A stretch of DNA of 64,000 bases from a virus, in IMG/VR virus record IMGVR_UViG_3300012943_000031, positions 32,001 to 96,000 of that record. The stretch is one strand, 5' to 3'. The translations under genes were made by a program, and so were the position numbers. The notes below the pieces were generated by a model that ran no database searches, had not been told where the DNA came from, and saw nothing but the letters and a program-made list of their open reading frames with translations. Positions within the stretch are counted from its first letter, which is position 1; the number at the start of each line of letters is the position of its first letter. Shown here piece by piece: positions 1 to 9,830 of the stretch.

Positions 1-5
1 TCCGT

Positions 6-2177
6 ATGCCCAAAACTTTTGACGATGATTTGGGGTATAACATTCAGGATTCATCTCTCTTCCAGACAGAGGGACTGAGGTATGCTGCAACTGTGACGAA
101 ACCCAATTTTGAGGGAGGTTATTATACTCGTGCCATCAAAGGAACCCATAAGTGGAAAACGTACTGGGCCAATGAGAAAGATAAAGTTCTCAAAGGTGTT
201 ATTATTGACGGGATATTCCTCCCTCCCTTTTACTACTGGTATCTGAACTTTTGTCCCATCTATGATGACGTAGCAAAGAAGAGAAGGTTACCGGATGTGT
301 GGGATGGTGACTTGTGGTATATGCATTATTGCATGGTATGCATTCTACATGGAAGACATATAGGTGGTATCAAAGGTCGTCAGAAAGGTTACTCATTTAA
401 GCACATGGCTATATTATACTGGTCATACTGCTGGTTTGAGGGTTCAGTTAATACTGTAGGTGGATACATGGAAGATTTGGTTAAGAAGTCATGGAGATTC
501 CTTGAGGGTTATCGTAACCATATCAACAGATATACAGCTTGGAAAAGAGGGCCAACTATAGCCAAAACACTAGAATGGTATGAGAGAACATTAGGTGTTG
601 ATAATATTACCTACGGTTTGGATAGTAAGTTAGTGGGTGTAACCTTTAAACAGTCATCATCAAATGACGTAGGGGGATCACAGACATTCTTTAACTATGA
701 AGAGCCGGGTGTATCACCAACAATTTTGGAAACACTGGAGTTCGTGCGTCCTGCCTTGGAGAAAGGTTCCGAGACTACTGGTATCATTATAGCTAATGGA
801 TCAGTGGGTGATTTGGATGATGCCCAAGGTATAAAATCCATATTCTACAGTCCATCTGATTATAACTTCCATCCTGTTAAGAATATATGGGATAAGAAGT
901 CAGGAATCGAAGAGTGCTGTATATTCATATCTGAAGCCTATAATATGATAGGTACAGATGATTTAACTGGTCAACCATTCATGGATAAGAATGGTAACAG
1001 TAATGTAAAATTAGCTTTGGCGTGGATTGCACGTCAAGAGGAAAAGATTAAGAAGAGTACACAGAGAGCCGAACTTAAACAACTTCGTCTATCACAAAAG
1101 TGTACTTCTCCAGAACAAGCCTTTGCACAACGTGCATTAGGTGAGTTCCCAATAGAGTTATTACGTAAACAACAGGAACGTATTCTACTTAAGGAGAAGG
1201 AGAATTCATGGGACTTCAAACCTATCAAAGGTCTTCTTTATGAAGATGATAAAGGTAAAGTTTACATGGAGTCAGCAAATTCTCCACAGGAACACGAGTA
1301 TCCTATTAAACCTGACTGGGAAGATAAGAGAGGTGTATGTACAATGTACGAACCACCTGATGAAAACCCTGAGATGTTTACCTACTTTGCCTGTGTCGAT
1401 GCCATTGAGGTTGACCAAACAGATACCTCAAAATCAGTAGCATCACTTGATATATTCAAGACAGCAGTAGAAGTTACTTACGAAGACCCTAAAGATAAGA
1501 AGATTAAGACAAGGATAGAGGGGGATAAGTTAGTATTCACATACAGAGGAAGGTTCGAAACTGCTGAACAGACTAATCATCAATTATGGTTAGCAATTAA
1601 AATGTATAATGCATTTACATATGCAGAACGTAATAAACCTAACTTCATCAACTATATGAGAAGAATAGGTAAAGCTGAAAGATACTTAGCTAAAGAACAG
1701 GATGTACCTGTCTTTAAGGACTTAAATATAAAGAACGGAAATGCAACAAATAACTCCAAATTTGGATTCCATAAAGGAGACAACACAGAGATTTGGAAGT
1801 ATTTCAAAGCCACAGCAAAGGAATATTTTTTTGCAGAGTATGGAAGAAACACCTTCATGAAAGGTGATGTAGAACAAACTTTGAAGATATTCACAGGTAT
1901 TGATAGAATCGATGACTACTGGTTACTCGAAGAATTCTGTCAGTATGTTGAGGTGAATGGTAAACAGAAAGGCAACTATGACCGTCTTGTGTCATTTATG
2001 GGTGCACTGTTTATCTGTAAAGTATACCAACAAAATCGTTTCATTAAGAGACGTAATGATGTACCAAAAAAACAGGAGGATCAAACTTATAGACCTCCTA
2101 GATCAATAAACATGCTTGGTGGAGGCATGAACACTTATTCTAATGGAAGAAGTGGTAAAAGACGTTCCATGTTATAA
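6..2177 (+). CDS. terL: Terminase large subunit (may extend upstream of the window)
   Basis: Walker A-like KGRQKGYS, Walker B-like FNYEE, RNase H-type nuclease acidic motifs (CVDAI, NYDRLVS); directly upstream of the portal. Confidence 0.9.
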   Translation: MPKTFDDDLGYNIQDSSLFQTEGLRYAATVTKPNFEGGYYTRAIKGTHKWKTYWANEKDKVLKGVIIDGIFLPPFYYWYLNFCPIYDDVAKKRRLPDVWDGDLWYMHYCMVCILHGRHIGGIKGRQKGYSFKHMAILYWSYCWFEGSVNTVGGYMEDLVKKSWRFLEGYRNHINRYTAWKRGPTIAKTLEWYERTLGVDNITYGLDSKLVGVTFKQSSSNDVGGSQTFFNYEEPGVSPTILETLEFVRPALEKGSETTGIIIANGSVGDLDDAQGIKSIFYSPSDYNFHPVKNIWDKKSGIEECCIFISEAYNMIGTDDLTGQPFMDKNGNSNVKLALAWIARQEEKIKKSTQRAELKQLRLSQKCTSPEQAFAQRALGEFPIELLRKQQERILLKEKENSWDFKPIKGLLYEDDKGKVYMESANSPQEHEYPIKPDWEDKRGVCTMYEPPDENPEMFTYFACVDAIEVDQTDTSKSVASLDIFKTAVEVTYEDPKDKKIKTRIEGDKLVFTYRGRFETAEQTNHQLWLAIKMYNAFTYAERNKPNFINYMRRIGKAERYLAKEQDVPVFKDLNIKNGNATNNSKFGFHKGDNTEIWKYFKATAKEYFFAEYGRNTFMKGDVEQTLKIFTGIDRIDDYWLLEEFCQYVEVNGKQKGNYDRLVSFMGALFICKVYQQNRFIKRRNDVPKKQEDQTYRPPRSINMLGGGMNTYSNGRSGKRRSML

Positions 2178-2189
2178 ACAAAACGATAG

Positions 2190-4979
2190 ATGGCAAACAA
2201 AGCAATATGGAGTTCCGATCTCCTAAAAGGATTCAAACTAGACAAAAATAAACTACTTGGTGGTGCAATAAATGACATCTTACCATTCCAAATGCTTACT
2301 CTTGAAGAGAAGGATGAGGACTGGATTAAAGGTGTTGCTGACTACTATGAAGTAGCTGGTTGGGCTAATGTTGAAAGAAAGGCTGGTAAAATTCAAAAGA
2401 ATTATTGGATGAGATATGGTAAGATTAACCCATCTGACTATATTATTAATCCTACTTCTAATGATTATTATCAGGCTATTGGATTCATATTACCCCCAGA
2501 GTCCCAATCTCCACTTGAACAATTCTATCCATTAGCTCCTAACTTCGTAGATGTACTACGTGGTGAGTTCATCAAAAGAGATAATACATGGACAATTGAG
2601 GCAATTGATGAAATGTCAACTGCTGAAATGTTTGCTGAGAAAAGACAACAGTTTGAAGATATAATCATGCAACAAGCTATGCTGGAGAAACAAAATGCTC
2701 TGGCACAGATGGGTATTGAACCAGAAATGGCTCCTGAAGAGTTTCAAGCAGAAATGCAGAAACTACAACAGCAGATGACTGAGGTTGAGTTTGCATCACG
2801 TAATTTCCGTACTACAGGTATTAAATGGGCTGAAAAAGTACTTAAGATACATGAGAAGCGTTATAATATGCATGAGTTAGAACCTGATGCATTTGAAAGT
2901 GGGTTGATCTGTGACAGAGAATTCTGGCACTTAGACTTACTGGATGACGACTTTAAGGTAGAATTACTGAATCCTAAATGGTGTGATTACCATAAAGGCC
3001 CAAATGTTAAGTATGTTAGTGATGGTGACTACTTCCTATGGTTTGATTTTATGTCTGCCGGGGATATAGTTAACAAGTTTGGTAGAAAGATGACTGAGGA
3101 AGACATCCTTAAAATGAAGGACATCTACGTAAAAACGTCTAATATCATTGTACCTGACTATCTGAAATCTCACCAAGGATCATATTATGATTTGTCCAAA
3201 TCATGGTTACAGGCAACTGACATGGATCCAAAGATGAATGATGCTTTACTAGGTAAAGAGTTAGCCTATAACTTCATGCGTTCTCCCAACTTCGACCATA
3301 ATATGGAGGTTGATATTCTCAATCCTGTGTGGGGTCGTCGTGTCACAGGTCATCCACAGATGTTCCGTGTTATGAGATTATACTGGAGATCACTGAAACG
3401 TATTGGTTGGTTAACAAAAATCAACAGAGATGGTACTACATCTACACCTGATTGGGTAGACGAGAACTATAAAGTTACAGTTGAGCCTGTATATGACAAA
3501 TCAGTTAATAGAAAAGAAACAAAAGACAATCTGGTATATGGTGAACATATTGACTGGACATGGGTTCCTGAGTGGAGACATGTGCTGAAAATATCACCTA
3601 ACCAAAAACATACGTTCTGGTTGAATAGTAATAATAGCATGGAGTCCATTTATATAGATGGAGCCCCAGTGAAGTTCCAATTCAAAGGTAGAAACAATCC
3701 ATTTGATAGTTTACCACCAGTAGAAGGTTGTGAGTACAGCTATATTAATACTGATACCCACTCCTTTATAGATCGTATTAAGCCACTACAGATCATCTAC
3801 AATATCTGTATGAACAAAGTTCCTAAGAAGTTCCTTAAGGACTATGGTAATAAAGTGGCTGTAGATAAAAGACTTATCCCACAAAATAATTTATCATCAA
3901 GTGCACCAACAATTGATCCGGTGGAAGATTACGAGATGCAGTTACAGGAGAGTGATATTCTTCCGTATACCATATCACGTGATATACTAGATGGAGTAGG
4001 ACAACCTGCTCTACCAACAGTAATCCCACTGTCTACAGTGCAGGAGGCACAGATGTATTTTGCATTGGGTCAACAAATCAAATGGGAAGCAGGAGAGTTG
4101 ATTGGTATTACTCGTAACAGAATGGGCCAGAATAAGGCTTCAGAAACTGCTACAGGTATCAATCAGGCTATTGTTTACTCAGAAGCACAGACAGAAAAGT
4201 ACTTTGAACAACACAGTAATTTAATGCAGAGAGTACGTCAACGTATGTTAGATGCTGCTCAATACTACTCTACATTCCAAGAATATTCACGTTCAGTGTA
4301 TATGAATGAGATGGATGAGAATGTGTTCCTAGATATTGAGGGTATGGAGAATTTATTCCCTCACTACAATATCTACCTACAATCTCGTGCAAATGTTAGA
4401 GCTGCCCTACAAACTATCAGCCAATTCCTACAGCAGGATAATACATTAGATATTAGACCTTCAGCTAAGATTGGTGCACTGGTAGAACAGTCTCTACCTA
4501 AATTAATGTCTCTTATCAGAGAAGGAGAAGCTAAAGCTGACCAGAAAGAAAGAGAACAAATGGCTGCACAACAACAAATGCAGGAATCTGCACAACAGGC
4601 TACACAACAACTTGAGGAAACTAAGTTGGCATTTGAAGCTGACCAAAATGAGAAAGACAGACAAACTGACTTGGATGTTGCCAAAATCAGAGCATTGGGT
4701 GGATTACAGTCTGATAACAACAAGGATGGTCAATTAGATGCTGCCCAGAATCTGGATGCCCTAATCAAGACACGTCAGTTAGCTCAGGATGGATTACTTG
4801 CACAACAACAGACTGATAATCAGAAACAAGCAAATGAACAATCCCTAATTGCTGCACAAGCAAAAGCACAGGCTGATTTGGACAAAGAAATCATAAAAGG
4901 TGAATATGCCTTGAAGGTAGCAAAGGAAAATAAAACTGCTGCTGAATTAAAAAAGAAACAATCTAAACCAAAGAAATAA
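2190..4979 (+). CDS. Portal protein, crAss-like
   Basis: 929 aa after TerL; ELIGITRNRMGQ...SETATG segment and Gln-rich coiled-coil C-terminus typical of crAss-like portals. Confidence 0.85.
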   Translation: MANKAIWSSDLLKGFKLDKNKLLGGAINDILPFQMLTLEEKDEDWIKGVADYYEVAGWANVERKAGKIQKNYWMRYGKINPSDYIINPTSNDYYQAIGFILPPESQSPLEQFYPLAPNFVDVLRGEFIKRDNTWTIEAIDEMSTAEMFAEKRQQFEDIIMQQAMLEKQNALAQMGIEPEMAPEEFQAEMQKLQQQMTEVEFASRNFRTTGIKWAEKVLKIHEKRYNMHELEPDAFESGLICDREFWHLDLLDDDFKVELLNPKWCDYHKGPNVKYVSDGDYFLWFDFMSAGDIVNKFGRKMTEEDILKMKDIYVKTSNIIVPDYLKSHQGSYYDLSKSWLQATDMDPKMNDALLGKELAYNFMRSPNFDHNMEVDILNPVWGRRVTGHPQMFRVMRLYWRSLKRIGWLTKINRDGTTSTPDWVDENYKVTVEPVYDKSVNRKETKDNLVYGEHIDWTWVPEWRHVLKISPNQKHTFWLNSNNSMESIYIDGAPVKFQFKGRNNPFDSLPPVEGCEYSYINTDTHSFIDRIKPLQIIYNICMNKVPKKFLKDYGNKVAVDKRLIPQNNLSSSAPTIDPVEDYEMQLQESDILPYTISRDILDGVGQPALPTVIPLSTVQEAQMYFALGQQIKWEAGELIGITRNRMGQNKASETATGINQAIVYSEAQTEKYFEQHSNLMQRVRQRMLDAAQYYSTFQEYSRSVYMNEMDENVFLDIEGMENLFPHYNIYLQSRANVRAALQTISQFLQQDNTLDIRPSAKIGALVEQSLPKLMSLIREGEAKADQKEREQMAAQQQMQESAQQATQQLEETKLAFEADQNEKDRQTDLDVAKIRALGGLQSDNNKDGQLDAAQNLDALIKTRQLAQDGLLAQQQTDNQKQANEQSLIAAQAKAQADLDKEIIKGEYALKVAKENKTAAELKKKQSKPKK

Positions 4980-5085
4980 CTTTTAGTATATAATGTTGAA
5001 ATCTAATTAGTTATATTAACAAAAATTTGGTAGATTAATTTATAATGTTTATTATCATATTAATAGAAAGCTAAAAACCAACAAC

Positions 5086-6297
5086 ATGCCAGAAAATGTA
5101 AGAAATTTAACTGAGGCTGATATAGCTGACATCTTTGGGACAGCATCTCAAAGTAACGCTTATTCAACCCCATCATTTAGTGGAACAGGAGCAGAACAGT
5201 CAGCAGATTTGTTCAACACTATACCTGCAACTCCTCCTAAAGAGGAAGATAAGGTAGACCCTCCTATAGAAGGTGACGACAAAACTAAAAAGGTAGAAGA
5301 AGCACCAAAAGAAGAAGCAGACTTATTTAATCCTGACACTACAAAGGTTGAGGATAAAGTGATGGAAATCACGGGTTTAGCTGACTATTACAAAGATCGT
5401 CTGACAAAGGGACAATTCGTTGAGATTAAATCAGAAGACGAAGCCGGAAATCAGGTAGCATTCATACCACAGACACCAGAAGAATTTGACGAAGTTATCC
5501 AAATCCAAGTGGATTATCAGGTAGACAAAGCAAAGAAAGAACTGGAAAACTCATGGTATCAAAGCAAATCTCCAGCTTGGAAAGCAATTTCCCAGTATGC
5601 TGAGATGGTTGATGATCCAACCCAACTAATACCTTTCCTACAGGGTGTAAAGAGCATTCAATCTGTATCTACCCTAAATGAAGAAGACCCAGAACAAGCA
5701 GAGGTTATCATACGTTCACGTATGGAACAAAGGGGTGATCCAGAGGGATTAATAAAATCTCAGATAGATGCCCTGAAATCCACAGATAATCTGATTAAAA
5801 CTGCCCAACAAATAAAGCCCTTAATGATTGAGGAAGAAAGGAGAAACCTTGCTACCCAAATCCAAAGAGCAAAAGAAGAGGAACAACAGTACCTACGTGT
5901 CGTAAATGACATTAGAGAAAATGCTCACAAAGCTATTGAACAACCATTATTTGGTAAGACAAAGCTTAAACAGGAAGAAAAAGCAGCAATCTATGATCTG
6001 ATTGCCGTACCACAGGAACAAACTGGTGGATATGGAATATACTCAGTAATAGATAGTTTGTTTGACAACAAAGACTTTGAAACCCTGAAAATGATTGCCC
6101 TACTTGCTGCTAAGAAAGATGCTTTCCTACAGTATATGGGAACAGACATAGCTAATCAAACAGCTACAAAACTACAGAAGAAATTGACGGTTGCTGGTGA
6201 AATGAGGGGTGGTAAAGACTCCTTCTCAGAAGAAGATAGACCTGTAGTACAAAGAAACCAGTTTAAGAAAACACCAAGATTTGGTGCTGGTGGATAA
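5086..6297 (+). CDS. Putative capsid scaffolding/assembly protein
   Basis: Acidic low-complexity N-terminus, helical C-terminus; lies between portal and MCP. Confidence 0.55.
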   Translation: MPENVRNLTEADIADIFGTASQSNAYSTPSFSGTGAEQSADLFNTIPATPPKEEDKVDPPIEGDDKTKKVEEAPKEEADLFNPDTTKVEDKVMEITGLADYYKDRLTKGQFVEIKSEDEAGNQVAFIPQTPEEFDEVIQIQVDYQVDKAKKELENSWYQSKSPAWKAISQYAEMVDDPTQLIPFLQGVKSIQSVSTLNEEDPEQAEVIIRSRMEQRGDPEGLIKSQIDALKSTDNLIKTAQQIKPLMIEEERRNLATQIQRAKEEEQQYLRVVNDIRENAHKAIEQPLFGKTKLKQEEKAAIYDLIAVPQEQTGGYGIYSVIDSLFDNKDFETLKMIALLAAKKDAFLQYMGTDIANQTATKLQKKLTVAGEMRGGKDSFSEEDRPVVQRNQFKKTPRFGAGG

Positions 6298-6325
6298 AAT
6301 TAAAATTTAAAAACAATCTATAATT

Positions 6326-8035
6326 ATGTTAATTCCCGGAACTGATAACAGAACAGGGTTAGGTACTTTAGGGATGCCCGGTATTTTTATCGGACAAGCA
6401 CGTTCACTTGGTATCAAAAACCATGTTGATATTCCTTATGTAACGGCACTTGCCCCTTCAAAGCCACTTGATTTTGGTGTGTTGGACTTATGGGCTCTTA
6501 AACAGAGAACTGACTCCCCACTTTTAACTTTGGCTATTGACAATGCTCAGGTAATCTACAGTGATGCTGAGTACTACACATTTGAACTTCCATCTGCTGC
6601 TGACTCAACTACACGTTTAGTAAGTGGTGGTACAGGACAAGACCAACAGGGTCGTGATGGTGAGCCTATCCCATTCATTGTTACTCGTAGAGACTTGTCT
6701 GCTGGTTCAATCTTCAAATTTGACTTGACTTCTCGTATTTCATTCACAGTAACTGACCAAGCTATTGAGCAAGTAGGTGAACACTACAAGGTTTGGGCTG
6801 TGTTAAATACTAACGCACAAGTTAAGTATGTATCTCAAGCTGAATTCCAGCCACAAAGACAAATCATTAAATTAGCTGACATCAGAGGTCTTGACTTCTC
6901 TTCTTACAAATCTGTATGGAGTATTTCAGGTGTACCTTCACTGATGAAGTTTAAAAACTATCTATCAAATGCTATGCTACAACAGTCTTACAGAGTAACA
7001 TCTGGTGCTGTTGAGTACTTAAATACAAACACACGTATTGACAGTAAGCAAATTGGTATGATGGAACAGACAGTACTTCAATTCTACCAAGTAAGAGGTA
7101 TTGCTGACAACAAGGTTATAAACCTAACAAATCCTGAAAGCTACAAAATGTATTTTGAAAGACTTCAGGAAGAGAAAGCAAAAGGTAATGGTGAAGCTGC
7201 TTTCGTTAACTTACTTGATAGCATTGCTATCAATCTGATGATGAAACAGAATAACGACCTTATGATCTGGTCTGACCAAATCAACATCCTACGTGATGGT
7301 TATGACACTACACGTCTTGTACCGGGTGTATGGTTCCAGTTAGACATGGCAGGTTATAAGCACACTTACTCAATCGAAACATTTACTCTTGATACTATCA
7401 CTGATGCTATTAAGGACTTCGAATTTGGTAAAGTGCCTCTGAGAGAGTCAATCTCTGACAACACATACACAATCAGAACTGGTCGTGGTGGTTCAGAATT
7501 ACTTTATCAGGCTTTCTTGAAGAAAGGATTCCAGATTCCTGCTCAAATCATCAATGGTAACAACGGATTATCCTTCATTGAAGGGCCAAACGTTGCTAAC
7601 ATGCAGTACAATGCTCCACGTTTCATCAAGTATCAGATACCAAATATCGGTTACCTTGAGGTAGTTTGGGAGCCAGGATTTGACCCAGTTAAAGCTGATG
7701 AGTTCGTAAACCCAATCTTAGCAGGTGGTTATCGTCTATCTTCATACACAATGTTGATTGAAGACTATAACACTTCTCGTGATAACATTGCAATCATTCG
7801 TAAGAATGGTTCAAAAATGAGAATGATTGTTGAGGCAGGTGACCAAACTCACCCACTTCTTAGAACAGGTGCTAACATCAACGGTCAGAACATCCAAGTA
7901 CATGCTGCTTCAGATGAGTTGACTGGTTATCAAGTAAAATTCGTTGGACGTGCTGACACAGCAATTGTGAAAGACCCAACTAAGTTACTGAAACTTGTAC
8001 CTAAGAACCCTCGTACTGGTATAGCTGCTCTATAA
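6326..8035 (+). CDS. Major capsid protein
   Basis: 569 aa; synteny in the crAss-like head module; codon usage of a highly expressed gene; followed by hairpins. Confidence 0.75.
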   Translation: MLIPGTDNRTGLGTLGMPGIFIGQARSLGIKNHVDIPYVTALAPSKPLDFGVLDLWALKQRTDSPLLTLAIDNAQVIYSDAEYYTFELPSAADSTTRLVSGGTGQDQQGRDGEPIPFIVTRRDLSAGSIFKFDLTSRISFTVTDQAIEQVGEHYKVWAVLNTNAQVKYVSQAEFQPQRQIIKLADIRGLDFSSYKSVWSISGVPSLMKFKNYLSNAMLQQSYRVTSGAVEYLNTNTRIDSKQIGMMEQTVLQFYQVRGIADNKVINLTNPESYKMYFERLQEEKAKGNGEAAFVNLLDSIAINLMMKQNNDLMIWSDQINILRDGYDTTRLVPGVWFQLDMAGYKHTYSIETFTLDTITDAIKDFEFGKVPLRESISDNTYTIRTGRGGSELLYQAFLKKGFQIPAQIINGNNGLSFIEGPNVANMQYNAPRFIKYQIPNIGYLEVVWEPGFDPVKADEFVNPILAGGYRLSSYTMLIEDYNTSRDNIAIIRKNGSKMRMIVEAGDQTHPLLRTGANINGQNIQVHAASDELTGYQVKFVGRADTAIVKDPTKLLKLVPKNPRTGIAAL

Positions 8036-8148
8036 TTAGACCATTCGAAATATAGGAACCCCGTAAGGTTCCTTGGTACTACGCAAACCCCTCCACGTGG
8101 GAGTACTGGATAATCAACCAAGATTTGCCTAACATAAAAACCAACAAA

Positions 8149-9147
8149 ATGTCAGTTAAATTTGCAATTAAAAACACTGCAAGTAAAGCAGAGAAAGAAA
8201 GTGACGGTACAATACTGAGATATTCAGGTACTGCCGAGCCATTTAGAAGACACTCTGAAAGAGCCTGTAAAAAAATAGGGGTTGACGCAAAAGGAAATCC
8301 ACGTTTAGTATTTAATACAGGGCTAGAAGATGAACAAATCCAGCATTATTCATGGTATTCACCAGAGGATAAAGCAATTATCAAAGAAACAATTGCTCAA
8401 TTGAAACCTTTGATTTCTAGTTTCTATGGAGGAGAGGAAGTTATAGACAAATCTAACTATTTCTTCTGGAAAGAGGACAGAGATGTAAACAGGCTATCAC
8501 TATCTAATGAAGATATTGATGTATTTTTTGATACAGAGAAAGCACCACATGCCCTTCTGTATCTATCAATAATAAGTGGAGCATTCATTGATTTGGTTGC
8601 ACCCACTAAAGATTGGGCAGAAAGATTTCAGATACCACACTATATGGCTTTAGAAAAAGATGAGTCATTATATGGTGAAGATGAAGAAGATATTACTCGT
8701 TCAGATGCACATGGAGAATTGGCTATGTTAAGAAAAGAGTTCGGTAAAGATGCTCTATATATCATAGCATGGTGCTTACAGTATGACACAAATGCGTTTG
8801 GAGCATACAACTACAACACTTCTGAAAAGGACTTACTTAAATATCATGTGAAATACATTGATGGTAAGTTAGTTACTAAGAGAAAAAAGAACATGCCTAA
8901 AACCTTCATGGAATACGTGAAGAAATGGAGAGGTCAACAAACTCGTCAGCAGTTATATGTTGAGGCTTATATTAAGGCAGGTGATTACTTTAACTTTGTC
9001 ACACAGAGAGAGAAAAAGTACGTTACATCAGATGGAACAATACTGGGTAACACAATTGCTGACGCTGTAAAAGCTTTAATGCAACCTAAATTCAGCGTTG
9101 ACTTGGAAAAACTCCGTAGTCAGGTTGAAGCTAAATGGAAAGAATAA
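8149..9147 (+). CDS. Conserved head-module protein downstream of MCP
   Basis: ORF track 8125..9147; ATG at 8149 has A-rich context; synteny. Confidence 0.6.
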   Translation: MSVKFAIKNTASKAEKESDGTILRYSGTAEPFRRHSERACKKIGVDAKGNPRLVFNTGLEDEQIQHYSWYSPEDKAIIKETIAQLKPLISSFYGGEEVIDKSNYFFWKEDRDVNRLSLSNEDIDVFFDTEKAPHALLYLSIISGAFIDLVAPTKDWAERFQIPHYMALEKDESLYGEDEEDITRSDAHGELAMLRKEFGKDALYIIAWCLQYDTNAFGAYNYNTSEKDLLKYHVKYIDGKLVTKRKKNMPKTFMEYVKKWRGQQTRQQLYVEAYIKAGDYFNFVTQREKKYVTSDGTILGNTIADAVKALMQPKFSVDLEKLRSQVEAKWKE

Positions 9148-9806
9148 TGACAATTTCTCAAATATCTGCTAAAATTAATCTAAGGCTAAATAAAGATGCC
9201 TCTCAAGACTACGATAACATATGGAGTTACGTTAAGTCTGAGGCTTTCAATAAGGCTGTAAATGATTGGATACGTAGACAGATAAGGGGAAAGAATCAAA
9301 CACAGGAAGGAGATGAAGAAACTGTAGCAAGAGTAGATGACTTGCAATGGCTACTAAAGAATGACTTCCTAACAATAAGAGATAAAGGTGTATTTGTAGA
9401 GACTAATAAACTCCCATCAGATTACTTATATTATAAAAGAGTTACCCCCTACGTGAGCAAAGGCTCATGTATGGGAGTAACAATAAAGTCACACCTGAAA
9501 GAAGAGGCAAATGTGGATGATTTACTTCCATCTCTCCCTTCTTTTGATTTTGAGGAGACATTTAATACCTTGATTAACAACAAGATACGTCTCTATCATA
9601 ACAAGGATTTTGCAGTAGATAAGTTAGAATTAACCTACTACAGAAAACCAAAGGTATACGACTTTAAAAAACTTAGTGACACTACAGAGTTCAAGGATGA
9701 TGTAGCTGACATTATAACAGATGAAGCTTGTAAGATAATTGCAAGTGACATAGAATCACTTAATCAAAAGGCTCTTGCTGAACAAAGGGCTGAATTCAAT
9801 AATTAA
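9147..9806 (+). CDS. Putative tail ring/connector protein
   Basis: TAATG coupling to upstream gene; FNKA..W, LPSDYLYY and LTYYRKP motifs resemble crAss-like ring proteins. Confidence 0.6.
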   Translation: MTISQISAKINLRLNKDASQDYDNIWSYVKSEAFNKAVNDWIRRQIRGKNQTQEGDEETVARVDDLQWLLKNDFLTIRDKGVFVETNKLPSDYLYYKRVTPYVSKGSCMGVTIKSHLKEEANVDDLLPSLPSFDFEETFNTLINNKIRLYHNKDFAVDKLELTYYRKPKVYDFKKLSDTTEFKDDVADIITDEACKIIASDIESLNQKALAEQRAEFNN

Positions 9807-9830
9807 CAACAAAAACAACAACAAAGTTTT

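Noticed and set aside
8055-8108. GC-rich hairpins after the MCP gene as a terminator
   Set aside because: No following U tract; more likely mRNA-stabilising, not called.
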